Of a DNA stretch of 32,000 nt, positions 19,776-30,831 are shown piece after piece; position 1 is the stretch's first letter; each line of letters opens with the position of its first letter. Made by a program: the position numbers and the translations under genes. This DNA comes from Zygophlyctis sp. KS116 (lineage: Eukaryota > Fungi > Chytridiomycota): NCBI GenBank assembly GCA_054661495.1, contig BAAFSQ010000054.1:18221-50220 (forward strand), written 5' to 3'. Below the pieces are notes generated by a model that made no database searches, had not been told where the DNA came from, and saw only the letters and a program-made list of their open reading frames with translations.

Positions 19776-21889
19776 ATGAATGTAAAGGACAAAACTCCAG
19801 CTACAATCCAAATTACCGCTGAACAGATTCTTAGAGAAGCTAATGCCTCAAAGGCGGTTCTAAAGAAGAGGCCGGGACCCAAAATCGGCGATCGGGAAGA
19901 GTTGCTGGCCTTTCAGGGAGTCAAGAGACAAGGATTTGAAGAGTCTCTAAGAAAAGATCGGACAGCGATTGGAACTTGGATAAAATATGCTCATTGGGAA
20001 GAGTCACAAGGTGAAATGGAGAGAGCAAGATCAGTCTTTGAAAGAGCTTTAGATATTGATCATAGAAATCATACATTGTGGATTAAATATGCAGAAATGG
20101 AAATGAAGCATAAAAATGTCAATAGAGCAAGAAATATATTTGATAGAGCAGTCGCTATTTTACCTAGGGTTGATACGTTTTGGTACAAGTATGCTTATAT
20201 GGAAGAAGTCGTGGATAATGTACCAGGTGCTAGAAATGTTTTTGAGAGATGGATGGACTGGGATCCTGCGGAAGAAGGTTGGATGGCTTATATTAATTTG
20301 GAAAAAAGATATAAAGAGTATGAAAAAGTAAGGGAAATTTTTAAAAGATTTATTGGGTCTCATCCAGATACAAAGAATTGGTTAAAGTGGTGTAAATTTG
20401 AAGAAAGTATTGGAAGACAGGGTAATTTACTCTGAAAATAATAATTTTTAGATTTAGCAAGGCAGATTTATGAGGAATGTATAAATACTCTTGGAGATGA
20501 ATTCATTGATCAAAATTTTTATGTTTCTTTTGCAAAGTTTGAAACAAGGCTTAGAGAGTTAGATAGAGCTAGAGGTATATACAAATATGCACTGGAAAAA
20601 ATACCACCTGGACGGCAATCAAATTTATATAATGTTTATACTCAATTTGAAAAACAATTTGGTAATAAGGATGGGTTAGAAGATGTTGTTTTGACAAAGA
20701 GACGCAAGCATTATGAAGATGTAACAATTTTAGTAAAAAGTAATGACTAGGAACTGGCTGAAAATCCTTCAAATTATGATTTATGGTTTGATTATGCTCG
20801 ATTAGAAGAAGATAATGGAAATGAAGCCAAGATTCGTGATGTATACGAAAGGGCTATTTCTCAAGCTCCTCCTATTAATGAAAAGGTTTATTGGAGAAGA
20901 TACATTTATTTATGGATATTTTATGCAATTTGGGAGGAATCTTCTCAAAAGGTATTTTTGTTTTTTTAATATTTTAGGATATTGAACGTGCCAAACAAAT
21001 ATATACAAAATGTATTTCTATAATACCACATAAAAAATTTTCATTTGCCAAGGTTTGGCTCTTATATGCAAAGTTCTTGATTCGGCAATTAGATTTAACT
21101 GCCGCAAGAAAAATTCTGGGAACTTCTATTGGACTTGCTGGAAAAGAAAAATTATATAAAGGATATATTGAGTTGGAAATTCAATTGCGTGATTTTGATC
21201 GTGTTCGCACATTGTATGAAAAATTTCTTGAATGGGCTCCGAGCAGTTGCTACGCCTGGAATAAGTATGCAGAATTGGAGAAAATGCTCGGAGACTCTGA
21301 TCGAGCCCGTGGTATTTATGAAATTGCTATAAATCAGTCAGTTCTTGACATGCCAGAAGTTATTTGGAAATCATACATTGAATTTGAGGTCGAAGAAGAG
21401 GAATGGCAAAAAGTAAGAAATCTTTATGAAAAACTTTTGGAAAGGACTGAACATGTAAAGGTAAGAATTTATTAATTTATTTCAATCAAGGTCTGGATCA
21501 GTTTTGCAGAGTTTGAATTAAAAGCTCTTGATTCTCCCAAATTTGAAGACCGTGTAAAGAATGCAAGAAGTGTATTTTTAAAAGCCTATGATTCCCTAAA
21601 AGCCAATGGATTAAAGGAAGAAAGAGTTGTTTTATTGGATTCAATGGTCACATTTGAGGAGAATTATGGGAATGAAAGCCAAGTTGAAGATGTTAAAAAC
21701 CGTATGCCTAAATCTGTCAAAAAACGAAGGAGACTCATGGATGAATATGGAGAACCTAGTGGTTGGGAGGAATATTATGATTACATATTCCCAGATGACG
21801 AAGATGAAAAACCAAGTCTTAAGTTATTGGAAATGGCTCATCTTTGGAAGCAAAAAATGGCTGAAGCCTCAAAGAATTCAGGAAACTAA
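19776..21889 (+). CDS. CLF1: Crooked neck/CLF1/SYF3 HAT-repeat splicing factor, 665 aa
   Basis: Introns 20422-20451, 20721-20750, 20952-20977, 21461-21490 (30, 30, 26, 30 nt). [20 protein letters not shown], many HAT repeats ([18 protein letters not shown]), and C-terminal [14 protein letters not shown]...[10 protein letters not shown]. Confidence 0.96.
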
Positions 21890-21894
21890 TATTT

Positions 21895-22848
21895 TTAAGA
21901 TGCAATATTTGAATCCTCTTGTTTGAGAACTCGCGTCAGAATCCAATGTTCCAAAATGAGATTTCCGATCCCCAAATTCTTCAAATCTTTACAAGGCAAA
22001 CATGGAATTTTAAAATCCAATTTGGGCAAAACATTCTTCATTTCTTGATTTGACAATTCGTAATCATTTCGGACTTTTCCTTGACAACATTCAACCAGAG
22101 AAATCAAACTTTGCAATGCTGTCTGACCTTGTCCAGACAAAATAACACCAGACTCTACTGAAGAATGCGCAATACACAAAGAATAAATCTCTTCGAAACA
22201 ATCTTTAATGTGCATCGCATTTGGAATCACTGATATTTCATTCAGTTTTTGATGATGAAACAACATATCCGATTCCAATTTTTTAATAGATTGGATCATT
22301 TCATCCAAATGATTCTGTAAAAGCAACGACTTTGACGATACTTTTGATCTTAAATTCATCTTTTTCATCCAACGATCCACCAATGATACCAATGTCTTTC
22401 CAGAACTTAAATTCCTATAAACATAAATACAAAAGAAACCAGTCTTGATTAGCATTTCTATCATGACCAAACTTTCGGCTTCTCCTAGATCCAATAATTC
22501 ATTTTCAATAATAATCTTTAGATAATCCTGAAAATCCGTAAATTCCTTTAACCCGGTAAATGATTCTCTTGGGCACAACATCATGAAAAGGCGAACATCT
22601 AAACCTGTTAATACATAAGCCAGCTCCTCTGCACTCCAATCGATCAATGATTTTTTATAAGATTCATTAATGCTATCAGTTAACGCATCCACCTTTGCGT
22701 TTGCAATGTTCACATTCTCCATCAAATCTCTCAATATCTTTGTATTGATCTCTTTTGATCCCTGAGCTTCTAGCAATGATCGGTTCTTTTCGAGCAATTG
22801 GGAATGATGATGATAGTCTCTTAATAGTCTAGAAACAGGAATCTTCAT
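21895..22848 (-). CDS. Divergent RasGEF (CDC25)-domain-like protein, 317 aa
   Basis: LIDWSAEELAYVLTGLDVRLF..LCPRE, MIEMLIKTG..CIYVYRNLSS and VIPNA loosely follow the CDC25 GEF helices. The match is degenerate. Confidence 0.5.
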   Translation of the reverse strand: MKIPVSRLLRDYHHHSQLLEKNRSLLEAQGSKEINTKILRDLMENVNIANAKVDALTDSINESYKKSLIDWSAEELAYVLTGLDVRLFMMLCPRESFTGLKEFTDFQDYLKIIIENELLDLGEAESLVMIEMLIKTGFFCIYVYRNLSSGKTLVSLVDRWMKKMNLRSKVSSKSLLLQNHLDEMIQSIKKLESDMLFHHQKLNEISVIPNAMHIKDCFEEIYSLCIAHSSVESGVILSGQGQTALQSLISLVECCQGKVRNDYELSNQEMKNVLPKLDFKIPCLPCKDLKNLGIGNLILEHWILTRVLKQEDSNIAS

Positions 22849-22877
22849 ATTTATTATGAGCAATTAATCTCAAAATT

Positions 22878-23328
22878 CTATTTTTCCTTTGCCTTGAGTG
22901 CTGTCCCATACTTTTTTGTGATATCTGTAACTGTTTTTGGATGATAGAATCTAGGATCAGTTAATCGGACTAGAGGAGTTGTATCTTCCCCATAAACTTG
23001 GCCTTCAGTCTTCCAAATGTCCGTGCAGTTGCCTCCGTTCTTGGATTTAATTCTTGCTAATGATCAAATCAGTCATGTTTTACCAATCTCCTGAATATCC
23101 ACTCCATCCTTTATAAGCAAACTGGTCGGCTTATGTGTAACAACAAGATCTAAAATATTAATCCTTGAATTTACTCTTGATAACATTCGGACTTAACATG
23201 TAATTCTCAAAGAGAGTATGAAACCGGAGCTGTTTCTTGAGCGTTTCATTAAGAATAGCTGCAGATGTTGTAGACATTGGAGCTCTACCTAAAGTTTCGC
23301 CAGTGGACTTTGAGTCTTTGGGCGGCAT
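22878..23328 (-). CDS. FAM183A: FAM183/CFAP144 axonemal microtubule inner protein homolog, 132 aa (absent from ORF track)
   Basis: Exons 23328-23175, 23149-23084, 23056-22878 (introns 25 and 27 nt; 399 nt). AILNETLKKQLRFHTLFENYMLSP...VTHKPTS...KTEGQVYGEDTTPLV....RFYHPKTVTDITKKY matches the FAM183 pattern (IL.E...KE.R..KL...Y..NP; TE.Q.IGW...LV; H.+..SDIT.Y). Confidence 0.78.
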
Positions 23329-23380
23329 TCAATAATGTGATGATGCCGTCATTCGAGAGCATGTCATTCAATCAAACTAC

Positions 23381-24154
23381 TTAATAAATATCGGTTCTTT
23401 TCATAATTCTAACAAAATCCTGTTCTGAAATTTCACCATCGCCGTCTTTGTCCGCTTCAGCCAACATTTCCGATATTTCAAACTCTGATATTTTCTCATC
23501 TAATAGTTTTGCCATCTCACGAATGTGATCAATTGTTATTTTAGGGACAATTGGAGTGATCTTTGTGCCTCCTTTAACATTATTACTAAGTCCTCGGACT
23601 AATTTTGGTGCGGGTTTTTGAATTGGAGAAAGACATTGATAGAATGCAGTAAAGGCACGATTCATTTCATCTTTTGCATACTTTTCAGCCTGTGTGTAAA
23701 TTTGAATTTCTTACCAACTGATCTCTCATCAACTTTAGGTTAATAAAAATTCTTTAGCACCTTGATGTACTCGTCCAATTCGATTGTACCATTACCATCT
23801 GTATCTACTATTTTCATCATGGCTTTAACTTCAGTTTTGGAGATTTCAAATCCAAATGATCGCATTGCAATTCTCCATTCTTTTTCAGAAATTGATCCAG
23901 ATCCATCTTTAATTAATTTCAAGTATAAATGCCTTTATCAAACATTTGGAAACTTTGAATGCATTCCTTTAATTGAGATCTATTCATGAATATTAAGTGT
24001 ATACCGATTCATTTCAAAAGTTTTGGAATTTTTACGAGGACCTTTGGTTTTAATCTTAGATGCAATATTTTTCTTGACTTGATCTATAATTGATGTATCC
24101 TTTAAAATTTAAAAAGAATAAACTTACAAAATCTTGTTTTTCTGATGAAGACAT
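23381..24154 (-). CDS. Centrin-like EF-hand protein with an insertion replacing the EF-hand 3 loop, 213 aa
   Basis: Introns 24127-24100, 24004-23980, GC-AG 23932-23907, 23760-23733, 23714-23690, with an 18-nt micro-exon at 23732-23715. FDKDGSGSISEKEWRIAMRSFGFE, VDTDGNGTIELDEY, EADKDGDGEISEQDFVRIMKRTDIY (centrin-type C-terminus). Confidence 0.88.
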
Positions 24155-24337
24155 TAGATTCGGAAAATTTTAAAAGATGGATGATGATGATTACATGACC
24201 AAACAAGTCAAAAAGGCATCCCTGGCATCATTATACCTTTCCAATAGGAAATTGGCGCATTGCTGTTCTGCTTCCAATCCACAAGTACTTTTCAATTCTC
24301 TAAACATAGACTTTGACAGCCATCAATCTTAGAATTA

Positions 24338-25610
24338 CTAAGTTTTGGAATAAGAACTACTCTTCTTCCCAAACTTCCATTGAAAGTAATTACAACGATC
24401 CTCAGTGACATTGGTGGATTTGCTTAATGCAACTCCTCCACGAGCACAAGCATAAAAGATTCTAAGGTTTATCAGATCAATTTACCTTCCAGTATTTGGT
24501 CCCTTGACTTTTGTTGTAAATTCTTTACATGGTTCTTTATGATGGCAATTCGGTGGAGGTTTCGGAGTAAATAACTTATCCCATTGGTTTACATCAGTTT
24601 TTGTGTCTGTAGAGTGAGCCCATTCATCGATGGTGGCTTTTATCTTCTTGTTAAATTCAACTATTCGAGGTTCTGATTCTTTACCAGCTTCTGAAGATGA
24701 TCCATTTTGAAAGAAATCACTCAACTTTCTTTGTTTTTTAAGTCCTATAGTCTCTGTTGGCCTTGAAGCTTGATCATTCTCTTGTACTTTTTGAAAGAAT
24801 GATTTAATAGATGGCTGTAGACTTTTACTTTTAATTTGATCTTTATGAATGACTGGATCAATTTCAAGATCTGCAATAACTGGACAATGATCACTCCCTT
24901 CCACTTTAGACAAATGATCTGAAAACATTAAACAGCCAATTAGATTTGATGAAATTAATATATAATCTATCCTTGTCCCCTTATATTATCAAATGTTAAA
25001 ATACCTGATTCACAATTCGTGAATTTAATTTTGTATTCCAACAAGTGTATGCATTAACCGTATCAGGATTCATTTTACGATATGTATCCACTAAATTACA
25101 ATCCATCATTAAATTAAGAAACCAATTTCCCCAATGATTATCAATAATTCCGAATAACGACTCTGAATAAAATGAATCTTTAGAATCGTAGATGCAATTA
25201 AAATCGCCCAATAGTATAACAGATCTATTTTGATCTATTAATCCTTTAACAAGATCTGTAACCGCATAATGAAAACCAGACTTATATTCTAATTTTACAG
25301 AGTCTGCCTCTGAAGAATAAGGAAAATACACATTAATTAGCACAAACGATTTATGATCTGTTAATAGAAACCTCCCTTGATCATCTTTTTTACCATTTAC
25401 TATTAATGTATCAGACACTGCAAATGGAGCCCAATCTTTGACTGCTAATGTGGCAACTCCAGAATAACCTTTACTGGATGCCTTGCTTTGATAAACTGTA
25501 TACCCATCTACTTCTACATGACGTCCCTTGATTTCTTGCAGGCAGATCAAATCCCCTGATATATCAGATAATGTCTTGAATGCATTCACATTCCAGCTGA
25601 TTAGGCGCAT
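24338..25610 (-). CDS. APN2: AP endonuclease 2 (ExoIII family + PIP box + zf-GRF), 407 aa
   Basis: Introns 25004-24980 and 24485-24462. SWNVN, LQE, GYSGVA, NVYFP, GDFN, YTCW, GTRIDYIL, GSDHCPV; PIP-like QPSIKSFF and QRKLSDFF; CHHKEPC...GRIFYAC...C.YFQW. Confidence 0.93.
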
Positions 25611-25701
25611 ATTATATTTTAAAGGTCAAGTTTTGAATGATATCGAGTGTCTTGATGTTTCTAATGTTGAAGAAGTACTTTTGACGCAATTAATGCTTTC
25701 A

Positions 25702-25741
25702 ATGCACTTGATGCACTTGATGCTAATGCACTTATGCACTT
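25702..25741. repeat. Four ATGCACTT copies in the divergent APN2/CSTF1 intergenic region
   Basis: Copies start at 25702, 25711, 25726 and 25734. Confidence 0.8.
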
Positions 25742-25782
25742 ATGATGTACCCACCAACTGCAAAGGAGTAGGCTGGTCAATC

Positions 25783-27045
25783 ATGTCGAATGGAAAGTTA
25801 CTCTCACTGATTGCATCACAACTGGCTTATCTGAATTATGAATCAGTAGCACAGATGCTAGTAACTCTTGTTGGAGATAGAGGGATTGAGATCGCTTTAG
25901 AACCATCGTCAGAATTGGAGGAATTGGTTGAATTGGGGATCAAGACACAGCAATTGGGTAATTACTTTGGCCTTACAATCAGATTCATTTACTAATCAGG
26001 ATGAAGCAACAGAAGTCGTTGGGATGAACTGGGAAACTAAACAACCACCGCTTCCTCCACCACAGTACGAATCAAATTGGACTACAACTCATAAATCAGT
26101 CATAATGTCTGCTGCATTCTCTCCTGATGGATCTTTAATGGCTTCTGCTTCTCAAGATGCAAATGTCAAGATTTTTTCAGTTCCAAAAATGAGAGAAAGT
26201 GGAGGAACAGACAGAGGTCTACTCAAAACTCTTCATGATCATGCAGGTCCTATTAATGAAATTACGTTTCATCCAAATGGGCATGTTTTAGTATCAGGAT
26301 CAGATGATGGATCAGTAAAGTTTTATGATCTTTTAAAGACTTATGCTAAAAGGTCATTTAGATTTATCCAAGATGCTGCACCAGTAAACACATTATCTTT
26401 TCATCCATCAGGTATTATTATTAAGTTTATTATTTTTAGGTGACTTTTTACTAGTGGGAACTCAACATCCTACATATAGGCTATTTGATGTCCATACTCT
26501 TAAATGTTTTACTTCTGCTGATCCAGCTGATTTACATTCTGGTCCTTTAACTTGTGTTAGATATTCTCCTATTGGAAATATGTTTGCAACTTCAAGTACT
26601 GATGGAACGGTCAAAATATATGATACGCACAATGCCAAATTGGTTCGGTCTTTAACGATTTCTTCTCCCGTATATTCTGCTCATTTTTCTAAAAATGGAC
26701 GTTATTTACTCACAGGGTCAAAGGATTCTATTGGAAGACTCTGGGATGTTTCTTCTGGAAAAGTTTTAATGGAGTACTCTGGTGCATCTCAATCGGTACT
26801 TTTTTAGTATTATAATTTTCTAGACAGCCTCTGTAAACATGAATTTCACTTACAATGAGGATTTCGTGATTGGATCTGATGAGAATTCGTATGGAATCGT
26901 TTTGTGGGATGCTCGGAACGGAACGTTTTTGAAAAAGATTCTTGGTCATTCTGGTAGGATACGAAAATTTGCCTCTTCACCAGTAAATGATGGATTTGTG
27001 ACCTGCTCAGAAGACGCCAAAGCTAAATATTGGGATATATCATAA
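25783..27045 (+). CDS. CSTF1: Cleavage stimulation factor 50-kDa subunit (dimerisation domain + WD40), 393 aa
   Basis: Introns 25958-25982, 26412-26439, 26796-26823 (25, 28, 28 nt). LLSLIASQLAYLNYESVA...PSSELEELVELGI dimerisation motif; [28 protein letters not shown] and FSKNGRYLLTGSKDS match CstF-50. Confidence 0.9.
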
Positions 27046-27062
27046 AATTTTAAATGATCTGT

Positions 27063-30000
27063 TTAGGAAAATTGAGATAATTTGTGCTGGACGTTTTCAA
27101 TTTCTTTTTGAGCCAATGCAACTAGGTCCCTCATTTTTTTACGAGCATCGTCGGCCTTTGGCGAAGACTCTACAGATTTATGACGCTTCCTAGAGATAAA
27201 ATGTAAATATTGATTACCTATTCTTCCGAAACTCTGTTGTGTAGTGTAAGTTTTGAATATTTGATAATTTTTCTATAATTTCTTCCAGTAATAGGTACGT
27301 TTCTTTTTGTATAATATACATATGTCGGTGAATATGTTCTGAAAATGTTTTTGCAAAGAACGGAGGATGTGATTTATCAAATTCTGTAAACATTTTAGCC
27401 AGACGAATTTTGGTGTAAATAGTCACAAATTTTGACAACCATTCTGAAGATGAGTATATCTCTAATATTTTCTTAGTTTCGCTGCGTATAAAATCTTGAT
27501 CTTTAGATTCAAATTGAGTTATGTTTGCATACTGTGAGTAGAAAATTTCCAGATTTCCCAGCTGGATTTTTTCTGGCATTTTCAGTTGAAAAGTTTGAAA
27601 AGCCCGTCTTATTTCAGAAAACAAACTATCAGAATTCCAGTCAAGGTGGATTCCATAAGAAAGGTCCAGATCACAAAATTCTTTTGCAGGGTATGCAAGA
27701 CATTGAAGATCAAATTCAGTTACGATATGTTCTATTGAGTTAATCGTGGTATTGAATAATGAAATGAAATGCAAAAAAAGCCTAGATTGAGCATCCAAGA
27801 GAGCCATATTAAATTCGTTTTGTTCTTGATCTGCTGAATTATTTGAAAATGATTTGTGCCCAAGATGCATTTCGTAAATTTTTTCTTGTGATCTTATCAC
27901 AAGATCATCAAATAAATTGAATAATTTAGATTCCATTATGTCTTTTTGTATACCAAAATGAAGTTTTGCTTCTATATTGTCACATTTACGGATCAACTCG
28001 ACTAATTTATAGTTTAATTGAATCGACAAGGAATGTGAATCAAAAAATGCAGAATTTGCGACAAGACTAATGCATTGACAGCTAGATATTGGGCCATCCT
28101 TTAGAATAAATCCCAATCCCAATTGTGACATTATCTCTCCTTCAGAAATCTCTGGGTTTGAATGGCTGGACCAATAAACTAATAATAGGGGGACTTTGGC
28201 TTGAAGAGGAAGAGTGGATATAAATGCAAATAGCCTGTCTGATTGCGATTTCCAGTATAGTCTAAAAAATTATCTACTAAAACATACGAATTTGCGCTGT
28301 CTGTAATATATGGATCCAATGTAAAAATGGCCGAGCTGATTCCAGAACAAAGCGATAGATGATTAGGCTACCATCAGAAAAATTAAATGATTACCAGCAG
28401 TTGTTCTTTGATCTCCCTATCTTGGACGTTTTGAGTTACTACATGAAACACTTGACCATTTACTACACGTGTTAAATATCCAAATCCACAATCCAATTTT
28501 TTTGAAAGTTTTGATATCAGCCAAAAATTTAAAAACTGTTCAAAATTTTGGACTATTTGAGGAGTTGGAGGAACACAAACTGATAGTTTCAAAGTAGATA
28601 TCCCCGACTTAGAATTGACGAGAAGAGTGACTAAATCAAGGGGGTTGAATATTTGTTGATCAACATCTTCCTATTCGTTATTAAATATGGCTATTTACTT
28701 GAAAAATTAATTGGGTGGTTGCTGGAGTATTTTGATATAGCATCCGTTTACTCTTTTTTGGAGTAACTGCGCTAAATCCTTTCAAATTTAGAAGCAATTC
28801 CTCAGCATTTTTCTGCTTTAAAAATATCCTAAACTTGTTTCTTTTTAAACAATATCTCCATCTATGCCAGCCTAGCAACTGGTACATTTTTTCATGTTCA
28901 CGCAACGCATCAAAATGACTGATACAATCTGTTCCCATTATTAACAATTCCGACTTCACTACTTCGTTTATGACATCGACTGCTATACTTTCCAAAGTTT
29001 TTAAATAAAATGAAACCGTTTTAGTAATTCGAAGGCGTTCAGAGACAATCTCGTAGACTACTTGATCGGCTATAGAGTTAACCATCTCCCAACAAACAGA
29101 ATTGATTGCAACCAGCCTGTGCTGCAGCATATTATGAAAATATGGGTCTTGATAGAGAATTTCTTGAAGGTATTGGTTTAAAAATGCAATGGTGTAGTTA
29201 TTGATTTCCTCAGGGGGGATCTGTTTCTTCACATGTTCAAGAGGTTCAGAGGCGCGATACTGATTTGTAGTACTTTTCCTGTGAGGATTGAAAGTTGTAT
29301 TCGATTGAAATATGGATGGCGATTGTATATGCTTATTAAGCTGTTCATTCAACTGAACATGTGATGTTTTCATTCGGCCTTGAATAATATCTACATTCGA
29401 GACTCCATTTCTTTTGACCGAAACAATTCTAGCTGACCTACTTGGAGCTAAGCTTACTCTCTGACCTTCTATCTATTTTAGTGTGTAAATTTCATACCTT
29501 TAAAACTTCCTTTATTCAGTTTTTGTTCGGAGCTTCCATTTATTTGTTTTCCAATCAACGCAGCTCCATGCTGATAAGGAATATCATAATACTCCAAAGT
29601 TTCTAATACCTCATTTACAGAATCAAACCCCAAGAGAATCATCAACTCTTCCAAAGGCCACATAGAACTTGTATCATCTGCAAAACAATAAAAAGCCTTC
29701 TGCATAGCCTTTAAAGCACCTCGTCTTATATCTACAAAGCTTAAATGAATACAGCAGGCCATCAAATACGAAATAGAAGGTTTTTCCAACTCTCTGAAAA
29801 TTGCAGAAAACAGATTCAGAGACCCATTTTCAGACGCTCTGCCTTGAATATATTCCTCATTGGTACGTGCCATCATTGATTGTATTTCTAAAGCAAACTG
29901 AACTTGAGGATCATAGAATACTTTTTGAGATAAAGTTTCTGCCTTTGATGCAGTTTCATTTGAATATGCATGAGTTAGAATATAATATGCTTGAAATTCA

Positions 30001-30718
30001 GCCTCATTGGGCATTTGAATATTTTTTTCATTCATTTCTTTATAAAACTCCATTAAACTTTGAAGAGCTACCAATTATTCAAGATCATCCTTACTTTTCC
30101 TCATCTGTTCATGTTCTTGTTGCAAAGAAATACCTTCAGCATCGCATAATTCATGAGAAGTCAGAATATGATATCTGGCAATTTTTTCACATATATCCAC
30201 AGCTTCTTTCCCTCTATAATTTTGAAGCGTAAGATCATTTCGTATTGCTCTAGCTCGATCTCTAACAAATGAATATGAATCCAGTAAACCATTGTTAGCC
30301 AAAATATCTTCTAGCAGATAATCAAGAGTTTTCTAAAAAAGTGTGAAACTATGAATGATCGTACCATCAGCACATGTGGTGGACGCACATCACAAGGAAG
30401 CGGTGGTGGGTCACCAGCCGCCGACCTTCTATATCTCTTTACCGCCTTTTCATGATCAACATGCTCAGTTCCAGGAATCTTCTCAGACTTATCCAGGCCT
30501 CCAGTCTGAAATTCCCTCTCATGCCTTTCAAATAATGGGCACATATCTACACATTCACCAACTAATGCAGGAGCTGAGCCAAGCGAATACTTAAGTTCTG
30601 GATCTGCCATCTTTCCCTGTTTAATATAATATTCCGCCAGGTCCTGCCTCTTCTCCTTTAACTCCAGATATCTGTTCCCCTTAATGGAGGTAGAAAATTT
30701 CAAATTTCTTTCCTGCAT
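27063..30718 (-). CDS. SAC3: SAC3/GANP (TREX-2 scaffold) mRNA export factor, about 1152 aa
   Basis: Introns 30364-30333, 30094-30068, 29497-29469, 28698-28671, 28394-28368, 28287-28262, 27217-27190 (32, 27, 29, 28, 27, 26, 28 nt; 3459 nt CDS). GECVDMCPLFERHER, AVKRYRRSAAG...DVRPPHVL.KTLDYL, FVRDRARAIRNDLTLQ, NEAEFQAYYIL. Confidence 0.9.
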
Positions 30719-30774
30719 TTAGAGTTTCCAAGGTTGAAAAGACTGTGCCAATGACTAGGAGAATCCTTTCTCCT

Positions 30775-30789
30775 CGAAAAACGCGAAAA
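30775..30789 (+). promoter_or_regulatory. SCB/E2F-like cell-cycle box (ACGCGAAAA, preceded by CGAAAA) in the SAC3/cyclin divergent promoter
   Basis: CGCGAAA at 30782-30788 fits the SBF consensus CRCGAAA and lies about 45 nt upstream of the likely cyclin ATG. Function is inferred. Confidence 0.45.
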
Positions 30790-30831
30790 TTTTTTCTGGA
30801 AAAGAAATTTTTACTGATTCCAAAGAAATTT

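Noticed and set aside
22878-23328. Region as upstream exons of the RasGEF-like gene
   Set aside because: The spliced frame ends at TAG 22880-22878 and encodes a FAM183-like protein; the RasGEF-like ORF has its own ATG at 22848.
25528-25782. N-terminal extension of CSTF1 (LMHLMLMHL...) suggested by ORF 25528..25995
   Set aside because: It starts at TTG inside APN2 and translates the ATGCACTT repeat; CstF-50 similarity begins at ATG 25783.
1736-30594. Short antisense or alternate-frame ORFs in the track (e.g. 1736..1930, 8202..8492, 8330..8611, 9000..9338, 14075..14374, 15631..15822, 20116..20331, 27525..27743, 29801..30232, 30355..30594)
   Set aside because: They are shadows of well-supported genes, often start at non-ATG codons and have no motifs.
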